64,000 nt of DNA from Christensenella sp. UBA6345 (GTDB lineage Bacteria > Bacillota > Clostridia > Christensenellales > UBA1242), in NCBI GenBank assembly GCA_002437945.1, contig DJSB01000033.1:16796-80795 (forward strand). The letters are read 5' to 3'. Position numbers and translations under genes: made by a program. How positions within the stretch are numbered: position 1 is the first letter of the stretch; every line of letters starts with the position of its first letter. Below the pieces are notes generated by a model. The model had not been told where the DNA came from, searched no databases, and was given only the letters and a program-made list of their open reading frames with translations. This document shows positions 39,093 to 50,552 of this stretch, in pieces.

Positions 39093-41195
39093 TTATTGAT
39101 TATCTGTCTTTTTTCTTAATTTTGGACCTACAAGTTTAGTTTCAGTCTTAATTGCTGACTCGTCTTTTTGCATCTTATTAACAGCGTTAAGTAATGAGTC
39201 TAATGATGCCTTACTTCTTGGTGCTCTTACTGTTGATGCCGAAACTGGTGCTTGTTTTTTAGGTATCTCTAATTTAAGTTTTTCAATCTTACTATTCATA
39301 TCATTGTTAGGTTTTTTGATACTTTGTAAAACTGGTTTTTCAACAGTTGTAGACTTTGCTGTTTCTGCCTTTGGAGTCTCTTGTGCAGGTTTAGCAGGTT
39401 CGGTAGGAGTTTCTGGTGCACTAGGAGCAACATTTTTACTTGCTTCTATAGCTTTTTTAGCATCTTCTTCTGCTTTTTGTTTAGCCAATTCGGCTTGTTT
39501 GGTCTTTTCAATCAACTCTTCATTAACACGTTTAGTATCAGCAATTTCTCTATTGGCATTATTTAAACTTTGTTGTAGTAAGTTAATCTTGTCTTCATAT
39601 AAAGACTTATTCTCTTCAGCCAACTTAACTCTTTCTTCTAAATCAGCAATTTGCTTAACAACATCGTCCGAAATTTCTATCTCTCTACCTTCATACTCTT
39701 TAACTTCTTTTTTGCTTAAGAAACTCTTTTTAAACTCTGGAGAAGTTAAGTAAGTCTTTAAGTCTTTAAGTGCTTTAATTTCTGCGACTTTAACATTGTA
39801 TTCTTCAGTACGAGTAGCAAGTTCATTGGTTACCTTGTTAAGTTCGTCAGTAGTAGAAGTAACATTAGATTTTAATTCACTAATTGTTTCTTCAAGATTA
39901 TTTTTATCTTCATTAATTTGGTCAATATATGGTTTAGATTGGTCTTGAACAGTTTTACTAATCTGTCCATAAATCTTATTAGCATAATTCTTACACTCTG
40001 CTTTCATTGCTTCTTCGGTTGTTGCTTTACGTTTTGCTATTTCAGCATTAAGTGTTTGAACTTCAGCATTCATTTCATCTTGTTGTTTTTGGAAACGAGT
40101 AGATGCCAATTCATAGTCTTTTTCTAATTGTTGAAGTTTAGTTTGTTCTTCATTAAGACGTTTCTTCATATAGTTGGCTTCAATCTTAACTGTTGTCTGG
40201 TTAATCTGGTCAGTCAACTGTGCTATTGATTCTCTACTTGCTTGTGCTTTACGTTCGAAGTCTTTTGTAACTTCATCGAAATTCTTTTGATAGTTAAACA
40301 TCTCGGTTTCTTTAGATTGAACTTTAGATGCCAAGTCACGTTTAACGTTAATATATTTTTCACATTCTTTCATAGCACGTTCAAGAAGCAACGAGTTGTC
40401 TACGCCTAAATCGTCAAAATCATAATATTCGAATTGACTAGCATTAAGTTCGGCTTCTTCACGTTCACGTTTCTCTTCTATAGCACGTTTTTCAAGATAG
40501 TCTTGTAGTACAGGAATACCTTCTTTTATCTCCTTTTTAGTAAACAATACTTCATAGTCGATGAATGCCGGCATAGTAGTACAAGCCTTGTTGATATTAC
40601 GTTCAAATTCATGGAAAGTATAGTACAAGTCAGCATTGATTGATGTATGTCTTGCACGTAAGAATGTTACAAACAAATAACCTAAAGCAAGTACTAGTAA
40701 TGGTAATAACAATACTTCAAATAAGAAAGTATTGAATCTTACTGCTTCATCAACAGCCATTCTTGCCATACCCAATAAGAATGCTAATACAGAAATAACA
40801 ATAGTGAATATACCAACAGTAGTAGCAACGTTGCCATAAGCACTTGCTTTACAAGGTTGGTCTACACAGACAGTAGTATTCATATATTCGCTAGGAACTT
40901 TATCTCTGTTAAGCATATATTCTTGCCAACAATAACGTAATGCTTTTGGAACATTTTTCATACGAGTATTAAGTTCGACAATGTTCTCATCATTAACATA
41001 TGGATTCTTGGCAAAATACTTGTTAAGTTTGGATACATTACGAAGCAATTTAACTTCATAGGTATAGTTGGTACGGATTAAAGATATAACCATAACCAAA
41101 ACTAATAAACCAACTGCCCCATAGACAATGTAGTCAAAAGTAACATAATTACTTAATTCCTTAAAAAATGATGTAATAGATTTAAAAACGTTCAT
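39093..41195 (-). CDS. Membrane protein (about 3 TM helices) with a ~400-aa coiled-coil region and a P/T/A/K-rich C-terminal tail
   Basis: Hydrophobic helices lie near the N-terminus (IVYGAVGLLVLVMVISLI, VGIFTIVISVLAFLLGM, LLLPLLVLALGYLFVTFL). A long heptad-like E/K/Q/L-rich sequence follows, and the tail includes PSAPETPTEPAKPAQETPKAETAK. The start is set at ATG 41195 (GGAGA RBS). Confidence 0.6.
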   Translation of the reverse strand: MNVFKSITSFFKELSNYVTFDYIVYGAVGLLVLVMVISLIRTNYTYEVKLLRNVSKLNKYFAKNPYVNDENIVELNTRMKNVPKALRYCWQEYMLNRDKVPSEYMNTTVCVDQPCKASAYGNVATTVGIFTIVISVLAFLLGMARMAVDEAVRFNTFLFEVLLLPLLVLALGYLFVTFLRARHTSINADLYYTFHEFERNINKACTTMPAFIDYEVLFTKKEIKEGIPVLQDYLEKRAIEEKREREEAELNASQFEYYDFDDLGVDNSLLLERAMKECEKYINVKRDLASKVQSKETEMFNYQKNFDEVTKDFERKAQASRESIAQLTDQINQTTVKIEANYMKKRLNEEQTKLQQLEKDYELASTRFQKQQDEMNAEVQTLNAEIAKRKATTEEAMKAECKNYANKIYGQISKTVQDQSKPYIDQINEDKNNLEETISELKSNVTSTTDELNKVTNELATRTEEYNVKVAEIKALKDLKTYLTSPEFKKSFLSKKEVKEYEGREIEISDDVVKQIADLEERVKLAEENKSLYEDKINLLQQSLNNANREIADTKRVNEELIEKTKQAELAKQKAEEDAKKAIEASKNVAPSAPETPTEPAKPAQETPKAETAKSTTVEKPVLQSIKKPNNDMNSKIEKLKLEIPKKQAPVSASTVRAPRSKASLDSLLNAVNKMQKDESAIKTETKLVGPKLRKKTDNQ

Positions 41196-41451
41196 ACCAT
41201 TTCTCCAGTTTAATTTATTACTTATACACGTAGTATACCACACCGAGATTATATTTACTAATAAATAAACTAACTTTTTTAAACGAATTTAAAAAAATAT
41301 TTATTTATAAATATATATAAAAGCGTCATTTTTTAACCGATAAAATTAAAAATATTCCGTTAATTAAGTACCAAATTGTAGATTTTTGATTACAAACAAT
41401 CCAATCACTCACACTTTTAAACAATAATGATTAATTTTATTAAATATGATT

Positions 41452-41490
41452 AAAAAACAAAGATAAGCAACTAACGACTTATCTTTATTT
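41452..41490 (-). terminator. Terminator after addA
   Basis: AAAGATAAG/CTTATCTTT stem followed by a T-run on the minus strand. Confidence 0.7.
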
Positions 41491-41536
41491 TGTGAAAATA
41501 AACAGAAATTATTTTTAATCGACAATTAAAATTATC

Positions 41537-44500
41537 TTACACAATTTCAATAAAAGAATTACTTTCAAACAAATATAGTTTTGTAGAAACGACCTTGACT
41601 TTTAAACCACTAGAAACGGCTTGCTTGTACACTTCTAGTTGAAGGCTATAGGCATTAATTAATTTGGCTACATCTTTAGTACGATTGGTCTTAAAATCTA
41701 TAAGTATGGCTTCATTACCATTAATCAATATTAAATCCACTACACCTTGGATTAATACATCTTGTGGATTATCACTTTCTTCTACAATATCGCTATATCT
41801 AGTCTTATATAAAAATTGTTGTTCTTTAAGTATTCTTGTACTATCAGATATTAACTTACTTACATTTTGTTTTGCTCGATAAATTTTTTCTACATCTATA
41901 TACTTCATTGTTTCATCATCAATATCTGATACAGCATGCAAACGAGAAATTATATCATTAATTTGTTGGATATTTTCATTATAGTTAAGTGACTGCATTA
42001 TCTTGTGATAAGCATTACCAATTTTTAATGACAAATTATCTTTTTCATTAAAAGTAACTTTTAAATTAAGTTCACTATCGTAAGTATAATCATCTTCCTT
42101 CATCAAACCCGTAACACTGGTTTTTGTTGCAAGTTTATCTTCTACTTTAGGTACAACTCTTTTAAAATTATCACTCAACTTATTTACTACCGACTTATCT
42201 TCTCCATTAATAATAACATCATTATGTACTACAGTAATCGTATCAGCAATATCAGCAATATTGGTAATATTTACTTTCGCAACACTATCTTTATTGATAT
42301 TAACATCAAATACGGCAAGTCGATTGTTAAGTCCATTAAACGCATTAGAATCAAAGCCTTTAAAAATTAAATCAAGGAAACACTTGGATTCAATAACCGG
42401 CTGTGAACATAATCTGGAGATATTATCAAAATTATAACAGCCTGTCATATATAACATATTCTTTGCTCTAGTTAATGAAACATAAAGCAGACGAATTTGC
42501 TCTTCTTGTTCTTGGTGTATCTTAAACATAACATTGGCTTGTTTCTGTAAACTTAAATGTTCGGTATGAGTGTCACTATCTCTATAATGTATACCTAATC
42601 CATATTCATTGGTTAAAACTACATTATCTCTAGCAGAATTAGTATTAAACGATTTACCTAAATTACTTAATATTACACACGGATATTCAAGCCCTTTGGA
42701 TTTATGCATAGTCAATATCTTTACCGCATTTTCCCCTGATTCTACATTGATTAAGAAATCGTCTTTATTGGATACCGAATCAAGAAATTCTAGACACTTT
42801 GAAACATTATATTTAAATCCGTCATTATTAAGTAAATGCAAAAATAAGTCTATATTTTCCACTCTTTCTTGTCCATTAGGAAGACTTAAATAATAATCAA
42901 ATAATTGATATTTTATAACCATATCAAGAATAGTCTGATAAATGCTATTAAATTTCAAATTATATCTTAACTCGTTAAGAAATGCATTATATTCTTTTAA
43001 TTTGGCAACAACTATACTGTTTTTGCCAGAAACTATATATTCGTTAATACAATCATAAAATGAATAACAACTGGTTTCGGTACGTATTATGCTTAATTGT
43101 TCATATGTTAAATTGATAATAGGACTAGTCAATACATTGCATATATCAACATCAGAATCACTATTACCTAGAAGTTTAATTACACTATACAATAGATTAA
43201 TTTCTATAGTATTAAACAACTGTTGTTTAATAGTAGTACTTACAGGAATATTATGGTCTTTTAATACTTTATATAATGTAGTTAAATAACCTTTAGCATC
43301 TCTAACCAAAATAGCAATATCTTTATAATCTAGTTGTCGAGTTACTTTATTATATCCATCATAATAATCTGTACCATACACATCTTTTATAATACCCGCT
43401 GCAACCACCGCTTCGGCTCTGTCTTTTTCTAATTCTTGCGATTGATCTTCGTTATCTTCATTATCATTAGGGGTAGTATTATTAGATGTGGTATTTTTTT
43501 TCTTATTAACATTAATAAGTCTCAATTCAACTTTCCCGCTATTATTACTACCGCATACAAGTCTTGCATCTTTTTCATAATCTATACCTACAGTATCATT
43601 GGTGATAGTCTTATCAAAACACATATTAACAAAATCTACTATGGCTTTTCCGCATCTATAATTAGTGTTAAGAAGAATTAAGTTATTACTTTTCTGTGAT
43701 AAATATTTATTGTATTTAGACAAGAATATTTCTGGCATACACTGCCTAAAAGCATAAATACTTTGTTTAACATCACCTATCATATTAAGGTTATCGCCAC
43801 TACTTAATCTTAATAATATATCTTCCTGTATTTGGTTAATATCTTGATATTCATCTACAAATATGTATTTATAATGTTCACGAAGTTCGGATTGAATAAC
43901 AGGATTATCCAAGATTAAGTAAGCATATTTTTGTAAATCAGCGAAGTCCAATTTACCAACATCTAATTTAAGTTGTTTAAACTCATCACTTACTTTTAAA
44001 GCAACTTCCATAAGTTTTTCATAGAACTGTTTAAGTCCAGCAGTATGTGTTTTAAAACTTTCACTAGTTACACTAGAATATTTTTTCTTGAAATTAGTAT
44101 TTATCGTTGTCTTAAACACATTAACAATTTTGCCTATGCTATCATATGCGTCTAGGTCTTCAATTTCTTTAGGCTCAGATCGTCTTGGATATTTAATATT
44201 CTCGAGTTGTAAGTTAAATTCAACAACACTTCTAGTATCTACAAGTGGACTAATTTGGGCAATAAAAGCATCTATAAAGTCATTGATTTTTTCACTAACA
44301 ACAATCTTTTTATAACCCGCCAATTTATTAACAATGTCTACAACATATTTATGATAATAGTCAATAATATATTTTGCACATATATTAGTATATATATCAT
44401 CATTAAGACAATCTTTAAGACAAAAATTAATATATTGTTTTGGGTCGCTTTTTTCAGTAAGATAATAGTAAATTTTTGTAATAATATCTTTTAACTTTTG

Positions 44501-45004
44501 ACTATTACGTTTATCGTTAACACTTTCATAAAGATTATAAAAACTCATATCTCCACTAACAATATATTGTTCTATAACTTTATCTAAAGCAAGGTTAAAC
44601 AAATTGGCACTTTCTTCTTGATTAAGAATAGAAAAACTTGGTTCAACATTCACTTCATAAAAATATTTTGATACTAGTCTTTTGCACACCGAGTGAAGTG
44701 TACCAATATCTGCAGTAGCAATACCAAATAGTTGTTCGTAATAATAATCAAGTTCGCTAGAACTATAATTTCTTTCTTTTATCTTTTCTTGAAGTTTTAG
44801 ATACAATTTTTGTTTCATTTCACTTGCTGCGGCTTCAGTATAAGTTACCACTAGCAAATTGTCTACTGGTACTTTTTTATCAAGTATTAAGTATGTTAAC
44901 TTCTCAATCATCGTAGTTGTTTTTCCACTACCCGCTGATGCAGATACAAGCACATCATGGTTAAGTGCATCTACGAAAGATTGTTGTTCTTTAGATAGAT
45001 CCAT
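41537..45004 (-). CDS. addA: ATP-dependent helicase/nuclease subunit AddA
   Basis: UvrD-type helicase motifs (VSASAGSGKTTTM, FVDEYQDIN) and a C-terminal RecB-type nuclease (QGVVDLI...IDFKT). It overlaps addB by 14 nt. Confidence 0.9.
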   Translation of the reverse strand: MDLSKEQQSFVDALNHDVLVSASAGSGKTTTMIEKLTYLILDKKVPVDNLLVVTYTEAAASEMKQKLYLKLQEKIKERNYSSSELDYYYEQLFGIATADIGTLHSVCKRLVSKYFYEVNVEPSFSILNQEESANLFNLALDKVIEQYIVSGDMSFYNLYESVNDKRNSQKLKDIITKIYYYLTEKSDPKQYINFCLKDCLNDDIYTNICAKYIIDYYHKYVVDIVNKLAGYKKIVVSEKINDFIDAFIAQISPLVDTRSVVEFNLQLENIKYPRRSEPKEIEDLDAYDSIGKIVNVFKTTINTNFKKKYSSVTSESFKTHTAGLKQFYEKLMEVALKVSDEFKQLKLDVGKLDFADLQKYAYLILDNPVIQSELREHYKYIFVDEYQDINQIQEDILLRLSSGDNLNMIGDVKQSIYAFRQCMPEIFLSKYNKYLSQKSNNLILLNTNYRCGKAIVDFVNMCFDKTITNDTVGIDYEKDARLVCGSNNSGKVELRLINVNKKKNTTSNNTTPNDNEDNEDQSQELEKDRAEAVVAAGIIKDVYGTDYYDGYNKVTRQLDYKDIAILVRDAKGYLTTLYKVLKDHNIPVSTTIKQQLFNTIEINLLYSVIKLLGNSDSDVDICNVLTSPIINLTYEQLSIIRTETSCYSFYDCINEYIVSGKNSIVVAKLKEYNAFLNELRYNLKFNSIYQTILDMVIKYQLFDYYLSLPNGQERVENIDLFLHLLNNDGFKYNVSKCLEFLDSVSNKDDFLINVESGENAVKILTMHKSKGLEYPCVILSNLGKSFNTNSARDNVVLTNEYGLGIHYRDSDTHTEHLSLQKQANVMFKIHQEQEEQIRLLYVSLTRAKNMLYMTGCYNFDNISRLCSQPVIESKCFLDLIFKGFDSNAFNGLNNRLAVFDVNINKDSVAKVNITNIADIADTITVVHNDVIINGEDKSVVNKLSDNFKRVVPKVEDKLATKTSVTGLMKEDDYTYDSELNLKVTFNEKDNLSLKIGNAYHKIMQSLNYNENIQQINDIISRLHAVSDIDDETMKYIDVEKIYRAKQNVSKLISDSTRILKEQQFLYKTRYSDIVEESDNPQDVLIQGVVDLILINGNEAILIDFKTNRTKDVAKLINAYSLQLEVYKQAVSSGLKVKVVSTKLYLFESNSFIEIV

Positions 45005-48000
45005 TATTTTTTAACCCTTCTATATTTTTTATAGTTGGCTGGTCATTATATTTATTGCCACAGTCTTCACTAAATTTACATATACCTAAATATTTACAGT
45101 ATTCACACGTTGTTTTACCATTAAGTTTTAATGGGTATGGACGAATATCGCCATCTTTAATATTCTTTACAGCATCAAGAACTTTGTTTAAAGTATATTC
45201 AATCAGATAATTAAAATCGTCAGGAGTTATTGCCATTTTTGCATTAACCTTTTCACCCTTTCTTGATACATTAACAACATAACTTTTAGTGTCGGCTTGA
45301 TTTAACGACTTATCAATTTTTAATATATCTTCAAAATTAGAAGAAATAACACCTTTAAGTTTGTACAATTCTTCTTGATTATCACGTGAATAATCATTTT
45401 TAAGTGGCATATAAAAACTTCCTATAGGTTGTTTACCAGTTAAATGAGAAACTATATAAACATAAACCATTAATTGAAGTTTTTTACCACTTCCTATATC
45501 AGTATAATCACTAAACTCACTACCACCTGTTTTATAGTCAATAACTACAAAACTATCGTTATCAAAATCAACTCTATCAATAACACCTTCAAGTTTAATT
45601 TTGACTTGGTCATTACCAATTTCAAATCCATTACATCTTTTCTCTAACCACTCTGGTTTAAGTGATGATACATTGTGAATACGTAACAATGCTGTATTAA
45701 TACGCAATATTTCTTTTCTCAAACTTTTTATATCATTAGCATTGTTGGGATTATACAACAAATACTGATAATTATTAGAAGACAGAATTTTATCAAACAA
45801 TTCAAGTGAAAATTCGGTTAAACCATTATCGCCATTTTTAACTATATATTCAACCACCAATTTTACATATTCATGCAGTATGATACCATATACTCTACTA
45901 TCGAACTGCGACTTGTCATTCTCTTTCAATTTAAGACCATGGTCAATAAAATGTTTAAATGGACAAGAATAATAACATTCAATCTCACTAACACTTACTT
46001 TATCAGTAGTCAAAAATAATTTATCGTTATTAAGATTGGACACATCGTTAATATAGTTAAGATTGTTAAAAATAGATTCAATATTATCTCCGCCATCAAT
46101 CAATGCCGAATAAATATTGGAAGTATTAGACTTGATAACAGCCGAATTATCAGCCTGCATAGTTTTTAGATTTTTTATAAAATTCGTTTTGGCAACTTTA
46201 GCATTGGGATTGTTAAAGAAAAACCAATCTTTGTTAATTAATTCGTTTTGATAATCATGTTGTAGCACACTACCATTAACGACCTTTACTTTACTAAATA
46301 TGCTACACATATTATTAATTACTTCGCTAGGCATATTCTTATCGCCACTCGCACTTACAGAGACATATGTCATAACTATATGTTCACAGTTAAGAATATT
46401 TTCGTATACTTTAAATTTACTACGTTTGTTAATCATATTAATGGTTGGCGATAAACGATAATTATTGGTAAGCAATCCTATATCTTGGTCAGTAATGATG
46501 CCTAAATCTATCTGCACCATAGGTACTTTGCCATCTTCAAGTCCCATCATAAAAGTATAAGATTTTTTAGTAATATAATTATTAATATCAGTAACAAACA
46601 AACTATCAGCCAATATAGGTGGCATGGTAACTGAAATATTTTCAAAATATGCTTTTATAATAGCAAACGCTTCTTTGGTATCTACCACATAATCACATAA
46701 GACATCTTTAAGTTCCTTAAACCCTTTATTAACTTTATTAACAATGTTGTTAAGTCGATTATATTCCAAAACATTGTTATGTAACTTAAATTCTTCACTT
46801 AAATTATTAAGATAGTTGTTAAAACCAAATTCTTCTGTAAACTGTTCTAATCTACAACAATAATCATTAATTGAATTACAGTCCTTCAAATCTTCTTTAA
46901 AAGCAGTTAATTTATCTAATACTAGATACACTTCTTCTAGTCCGGTAATATCAAAATTGTGGGGGCGAGAAAGAATAGTCGAATAATTAATACCCGTCTT
47001 TATAATCATATTCTCAAAACTATTAAGAACTTCAGTATTAAGTCCACTATAATAACGAAAGAAATTAAATAATTCCCTTTTATTAAAATTGGCATTAATA
47101 AGTTCGAATAAATCCGAATAAAATCTAACTAGCACAGAATCAGTAATCATTTGACTTTCATCAAAGAAATAAGGAATATTATAACTTAAAAATAATCTTT
47201 CAAGTACCGGTCTATAATCAGCAATATTGGGTACAACTATATTAATATCATTATAACCTATATTTTGATTAATAATTAATTCTTGTATTTTCTTTATTAC
47301 AAACAAAGATTCGTCTTCTGGATTGTTAAATTTATACAATTGAATATTGTTAGGTTGGGTATCTGTACGTACAGGATTAATAGCAAACAAGTTATTACTT
47401 ATAATTTTAAATTCGGATTGATAATTATCTTTACAATACACTCTATTATATTTATAGCCATTGATAGTACACAAATCTAAAAGATTAAGATATATATTAT
47501 TAAGGAAAATATTTTTATTGTTTAATTCATCAATAAAATTAACTGCACAAGCAACATTAACACTAGCAGATTTTTTAATCAAAGCACTAATTATGTTGTA
47601 CATCTGCGGAGTAAAGTCATCAAACCCAATAAAATAAAAATGTGTATTAGAAAAATCTTCACCTTTGATTAGATTAACAAGTAAATCTAATTTATTAAAA
47701 CTATCAGTATAATCATTCTTTAAAAAGTTTTCGTAGCACTCATATACCAATTTTAAATCGTTAAGTTTTTGATTAAGATTATGACTTTTAGTATCTACAT
47801 TTATTTTGTCTACAGGGACATTACAACTTTTAAACATAGAGATAGTATCAAACAATGTAGACGCAAAACCATTATAGTTAATCGCTTTTTTAATAGTAGT
47901 AAACTTATCTTTATTTTCCATAAGTATTTTTTTGATAAGTGCCACACATACAGGTTTGGTAAGTACACGAGTATTAATATTGTTGTTAATTACAATACGA

Positions 48001-48260
48001 TTGGTGAATCTGGTTAATGTAGTAACTTCAATATCAAAAAAACACTTTTCGTCTAAAGCATCAAAAAGTTTTTGTTCTATTTGAAGAGTCATACGATCAG
48101 GAGTAAATATAACTTGTTTTGCTCCCTTATTCTCTTTCAAGGTATTAAAAATATAATTGTTACAGTTACTAACTGTTTTTGAATAGTATATATTAAGCAA
48201 TTTGTTATCCTTTGTATACACATTATTAATGTGAAAATTGTTATAAAAAACACTAGTCAC
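44991..48260 (-). CDS. addB: ATP-dependent helicase/nuclease subunit AddB (Fe-S nuclease domain)
   Basis: 1089 aa located upstream of addA. The C-terminal nuclease domain has a Cys cluster (YYSCPFKHF ... CEYCKYLGICKF) and a DYKTG motif. Confidence 0.85.
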   Translation of the reverse strand: MTSVFYNNFHINNVYTKDNKLLNIYYSKTVSNCNNYIFNTLKENKGAKQVIFTPDRMTLQIEQKLFDALDEKCFFDIEVTTLTRFTNRIVINNNINTRVLTKPVCVALIKKILMENKDKFTTIKKAINYNGFASTLFDTISMFKSCNVPVDKINVDTKSHNLNQKLNDLKLVYECYENFLKNDYTDSFNKLDLLVNLIKGEDFSNTHFYFIGFDDFTPQMYNIISALIKKSASVNVACAVNFIDELNNKNIFLNNIYLNLLDLCTINGYKYNRVYCKDNYQSEFKIISNNLFAINPVRTDTQPNNIQLYKFNNPEDESLFVIKKIQELIINQNIGYNDINIVVPNIADYRPVLERLFLSYNIPYFFDESQMITDSVLVRFYSDLFELINANFNKRELFNFFRYYSGLNTEVLNSFENMIIKTGINYSTILSRPHNFDITGLEEVYLVLDKLTAFKEDLKDCNSINDYCCRLEQFTEEFGFNNYLNNLSEEFKLHNNVLEYNRLNNIVNKVNKGFKELKDVLCDYVVDTKEAFAIIKAYFENISVTMPPILADSLFVTDINNYITKKSYTFMMGLEDGKVPMVQIDLGIITDQDIGLLTNNYRLSPTINMINKRSKFKVYENILNCEHIVMTYVSVSASGDKNMPSEVINNMCSIFSKVKVVNGSVLQHDYQNELINKDWFFFNNPNAKVAKTNFIKNLKTMQADNSAVIKSNTSNIYSALIDGGDNIESIFNNLNYINDVSNLNNDKLFLTTDKVSVSEIECYYSCPFKHFIDHGLKLKENDKSQFDSRVYGIILHEYVKLVVEYIVKNGDNGLTEFSLELFDKILSSNNYQYLLYNPNNANDIKSLRKEILRINTALLRIHNVSSLKPEWLEKRCNGFEIGNDQVKIKLEGVIDRVDFDNDSFVVIDYKTGGSEFSDYTDIGSGKKLQLMVYVYIVSHLTGKQPIGSFYMPLKNDYSRDNQEELYKLKGVISSNFEDILKIDKSLNQADTKSYVVNVSRKGEKVNAKMAITPDDFNYLIEYTLNKVLDAVKNIKDGDIRPYPLKLNGKTTCEYCKYLGICKFSEDCGNKYNDQPTIKNIEGLKNNGSI

Positions 48261-48318
48261 ATATCCTAGTCATAGTATATCAAAATTAGCAAAGTCTTAC
48301 AACAAACAACTGCCATAA

Positions 48319-48663
48319 TTATACTCTTTCTTTAAGTTTTCTTAATTGTGACTCAAGATCAAGTACTCGTATAGAAGTAGATTGTAATTGACTTTGGTAC
48401 AACGTAAGTTGTTGTTTATATTTTCTTTCAACTACTTTTTGTGTGTTGGACTTAACCAAATTGATTAAACCTATAAACAGATTTTTAATATCGTCATCAG
48501 TGAGTATATCAAAATTTCTATTTTTAAATCTAATAACTTTATTAACTGGACTTACCTTATACTTGCTTCCTTTATAATTCATACTTCTCTTTAAATATGT
48601 TAATTTCTTCACAAACTTTTTTACCATAATTTTACCTACATTATTTTCTATAATTGTAACCAT
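48319..48663 (-). CDS. Hypothetical small basic protein with a C-terminal coiled coil
   Basis: ORF only. The C-terminus QQLTLYQSQLQSTSIRVLDLESQLRKLKERV is heptad-like. Confidence 0.4.
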   Translation of the reverse strand: MVTIIENNVGKIMVKKFVKKLTYLKRSMNYKGSKYKVSPVNKVIRFKNRNFDILTDDDIKNLFIGLINLVKSNTQKVVERKYKQQLTLYQSQLQSTSIRVLDLESQLRKLKERV

Positions 48664-48744
48664 ATTGTGCTAGTTAAAAACCAAATAATATGAATATTTT
48701 TGTAGTATTTTCAATATTTATATAAAAAGATATTATGGAGCAAT

Positions 48745-49707
48745 ATGAGAGAATTTAATATACATTTTTATACCAACAATCCCTGCAACATATTTGTTAA
48801 TGGCGAAATGTTGGGACTTATTGACAATAAAAGCAACTTTTTTATCGATATAGTATCATTTACTGACCAAATGGTTATTACTTGTGAACCTATATGCGAA
48901 GATAATACTATTCTACTTCCTTACTCTTTTAAGTTAAATTATATTAACAATACTTTACAATCAAGTTCAAGCAATACAACCATTGTACCATTCCCCAATA
49001 ACAACTATGATGTTATATTAGATTTTAAAATGGTTATGGTTAATAATAAGTCAACTTTACTTTCTAAAAAGATAGATAACTACACCATACTCACCATGGT
49101 AGACACTATAAGTACATTATCAATATTTTTAGATAATAAAAACTTGTACACATGCAAATATGCTAATTTATGCAATCTTGAATATGAAAAATATAAGGAC
49201 TTATTAATAATCACTGGTGATTCAAACCAATCAAAATTATTGATATGCTATGACACTATTGATAACAAAATATTATTAAGTGATACATACAGCAATATAG
49301 AAAAAAACAAGGATTATATTAAAGCATTAAAATGCCCTAACTTGACTTTACTTACTGGTACAGTTTACAGTCTTAATTTAAGTAACAAAGAAATAGAGAA
49401 CTATCAAGTATACCTAGACAACTACAAAGCAACTACACACCCTAGCCTTATACCTTATAGTTTTTTAGAAGCAGTTCAAAACCAGAACTATAAATTAGCC
49501 GAAGGTTACATAGATAAAAATTTAATCCAGGCAGACGAAACCAAATTTAAACAATATTTTGGGGACATAAATAAGATATATTACAATTGTTATAATTTAG
49601 ATAAAAATAAAGTAAATTACACTATATACACTGATAAATATCACAATTATAATTTTTATATTAATCAAGATAAAATAATAGAAATAGAAGAAAACCAATT
49701 AAATTAA
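48745..49707 (+). CDS. Hypothetical protein (320 aa)
   Basis: ORF with a GGAG RBS, N/Y/I-rich. I recognise no motif. Confidence 0.5.
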   Translation: MREFNIHFYTNNPCNIFVNGEMLGLIDNKSNFFIDIVSFTDQMVITCEPICEDNTILLPYSFKLNYINNTLQSSSSNTTIVPFPNNNYDVILDFKMVMVNNKSTLLSKKIDNYTILTMVDTISTLSIFLDNKNLYTCKYANLCNLEYEKYKDLLIITGDSNQSKLLICYDTIDNKILLSDTYSNIEKNKDYIKALKCPNLTLLTGTVYSLNLSNKEIENYQVYLDNYKATTHPSLIPYSFLEAVQNQNYKLAEGYIDKNLIQADETKFKQYFGDINKIYYNCYNLDKNKVNYTIYTDKYHNYNFYINQDKIIEIEENQLN

Positions 49708-49818
49708 AACTAAATAGAAAAAATCCCTTATTTAAAATGTTGTTAATTCTTATATTTTCTTGTATAATAAATATGTAAATATTAATATATTTACAATAAT
49801 AAAAAGGGATTAAAAATT

Positions 49819-50547
49819 ATGAAACTAGAAGTAAAAATAGTTTTGGCGGTTGTGGCAATACTAATTATATTACTTTTAATTGTATTAAGTAGCCGTACCA
49901 GAATCAGAAAAGTTTATAAAAGATATATGGGTGTAGGCAATCAAGCCAATCTTACGGGAAGTCAGTTTGCAAGTATAGCAATCGAACAATTGGATTTAGA
50001 TATAGGTCTAGCAGTTACTGATGGCGAACTTACAGACGCATACTCTCCTAAAGATAAGGTATTAATTATGAGTCGTGATGTATGCAACAATGCTAGTTTA
50101 TCTTCATTAACAATTGTAGCACATGAATTGGGTCACGCATTGCAACAAAAGAAGAATGATCGTATGTTCGGTCTTTCACAAATTGTAGGAAGAATTAATA
50201 GATTTATATCTAAACTATTTATGCCGATACTTATTGCTGGTATTATTACCCTATTCTTTAATATGAATTTAGGTATAAACTTATTATGGACTTCTTTAGC
50301 AATTTTCTTATTTAATATATTTGATAAACTAATCACTATACCAGTAGAATACAATGCTAGTCATCGTGGATTGTGGTATTTAAAAGAATATCATTATTTA
50401 TCTGCTAACGAGTATGGCAAAGCAAAAAAACTTCTTGGTATAGCAGCCCAAACTTATATAGCATCTTTATTCGATGGAATTATAATTTTTGGTAGTAAAC
50501 TAAACAGACTTTTCAATAGAAAATCTAAAAAACGTACAAGGAGATAA
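49819..50547 (+). CDS. Membrane zinc metallopeptidase (PF04298-like, HExxH), paralog 1
   Basis: N-terminal TM helix, the motif TIVAHELGHALQ, and a C-terminal PVEYNASHRG motif shared with the next gene. Confidence 0.75.
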   Translation: MKLEVKIVLAVVAILIILLLIVLSSRTRIRKVYKRYMGVGNQANLTGSQFASIAIEQLDLDIGLAVTDGELTDAYSPKDKVLIMSRDVCNNASLSSLTIVAHELGHALQQKKNDRMFGLSQIVGRINRFISKLFMPILIAGIITLFFNMNLGINLLWTSLAIFLFNIFDKLITIPVEYNASHRGLWYLKEYHYLSANEYGKAKKLLGIAAQTYIASLFDGIIIFGSKLNRLFNRKSKKRTRR

Positions 50548-50552
50548 AATTT

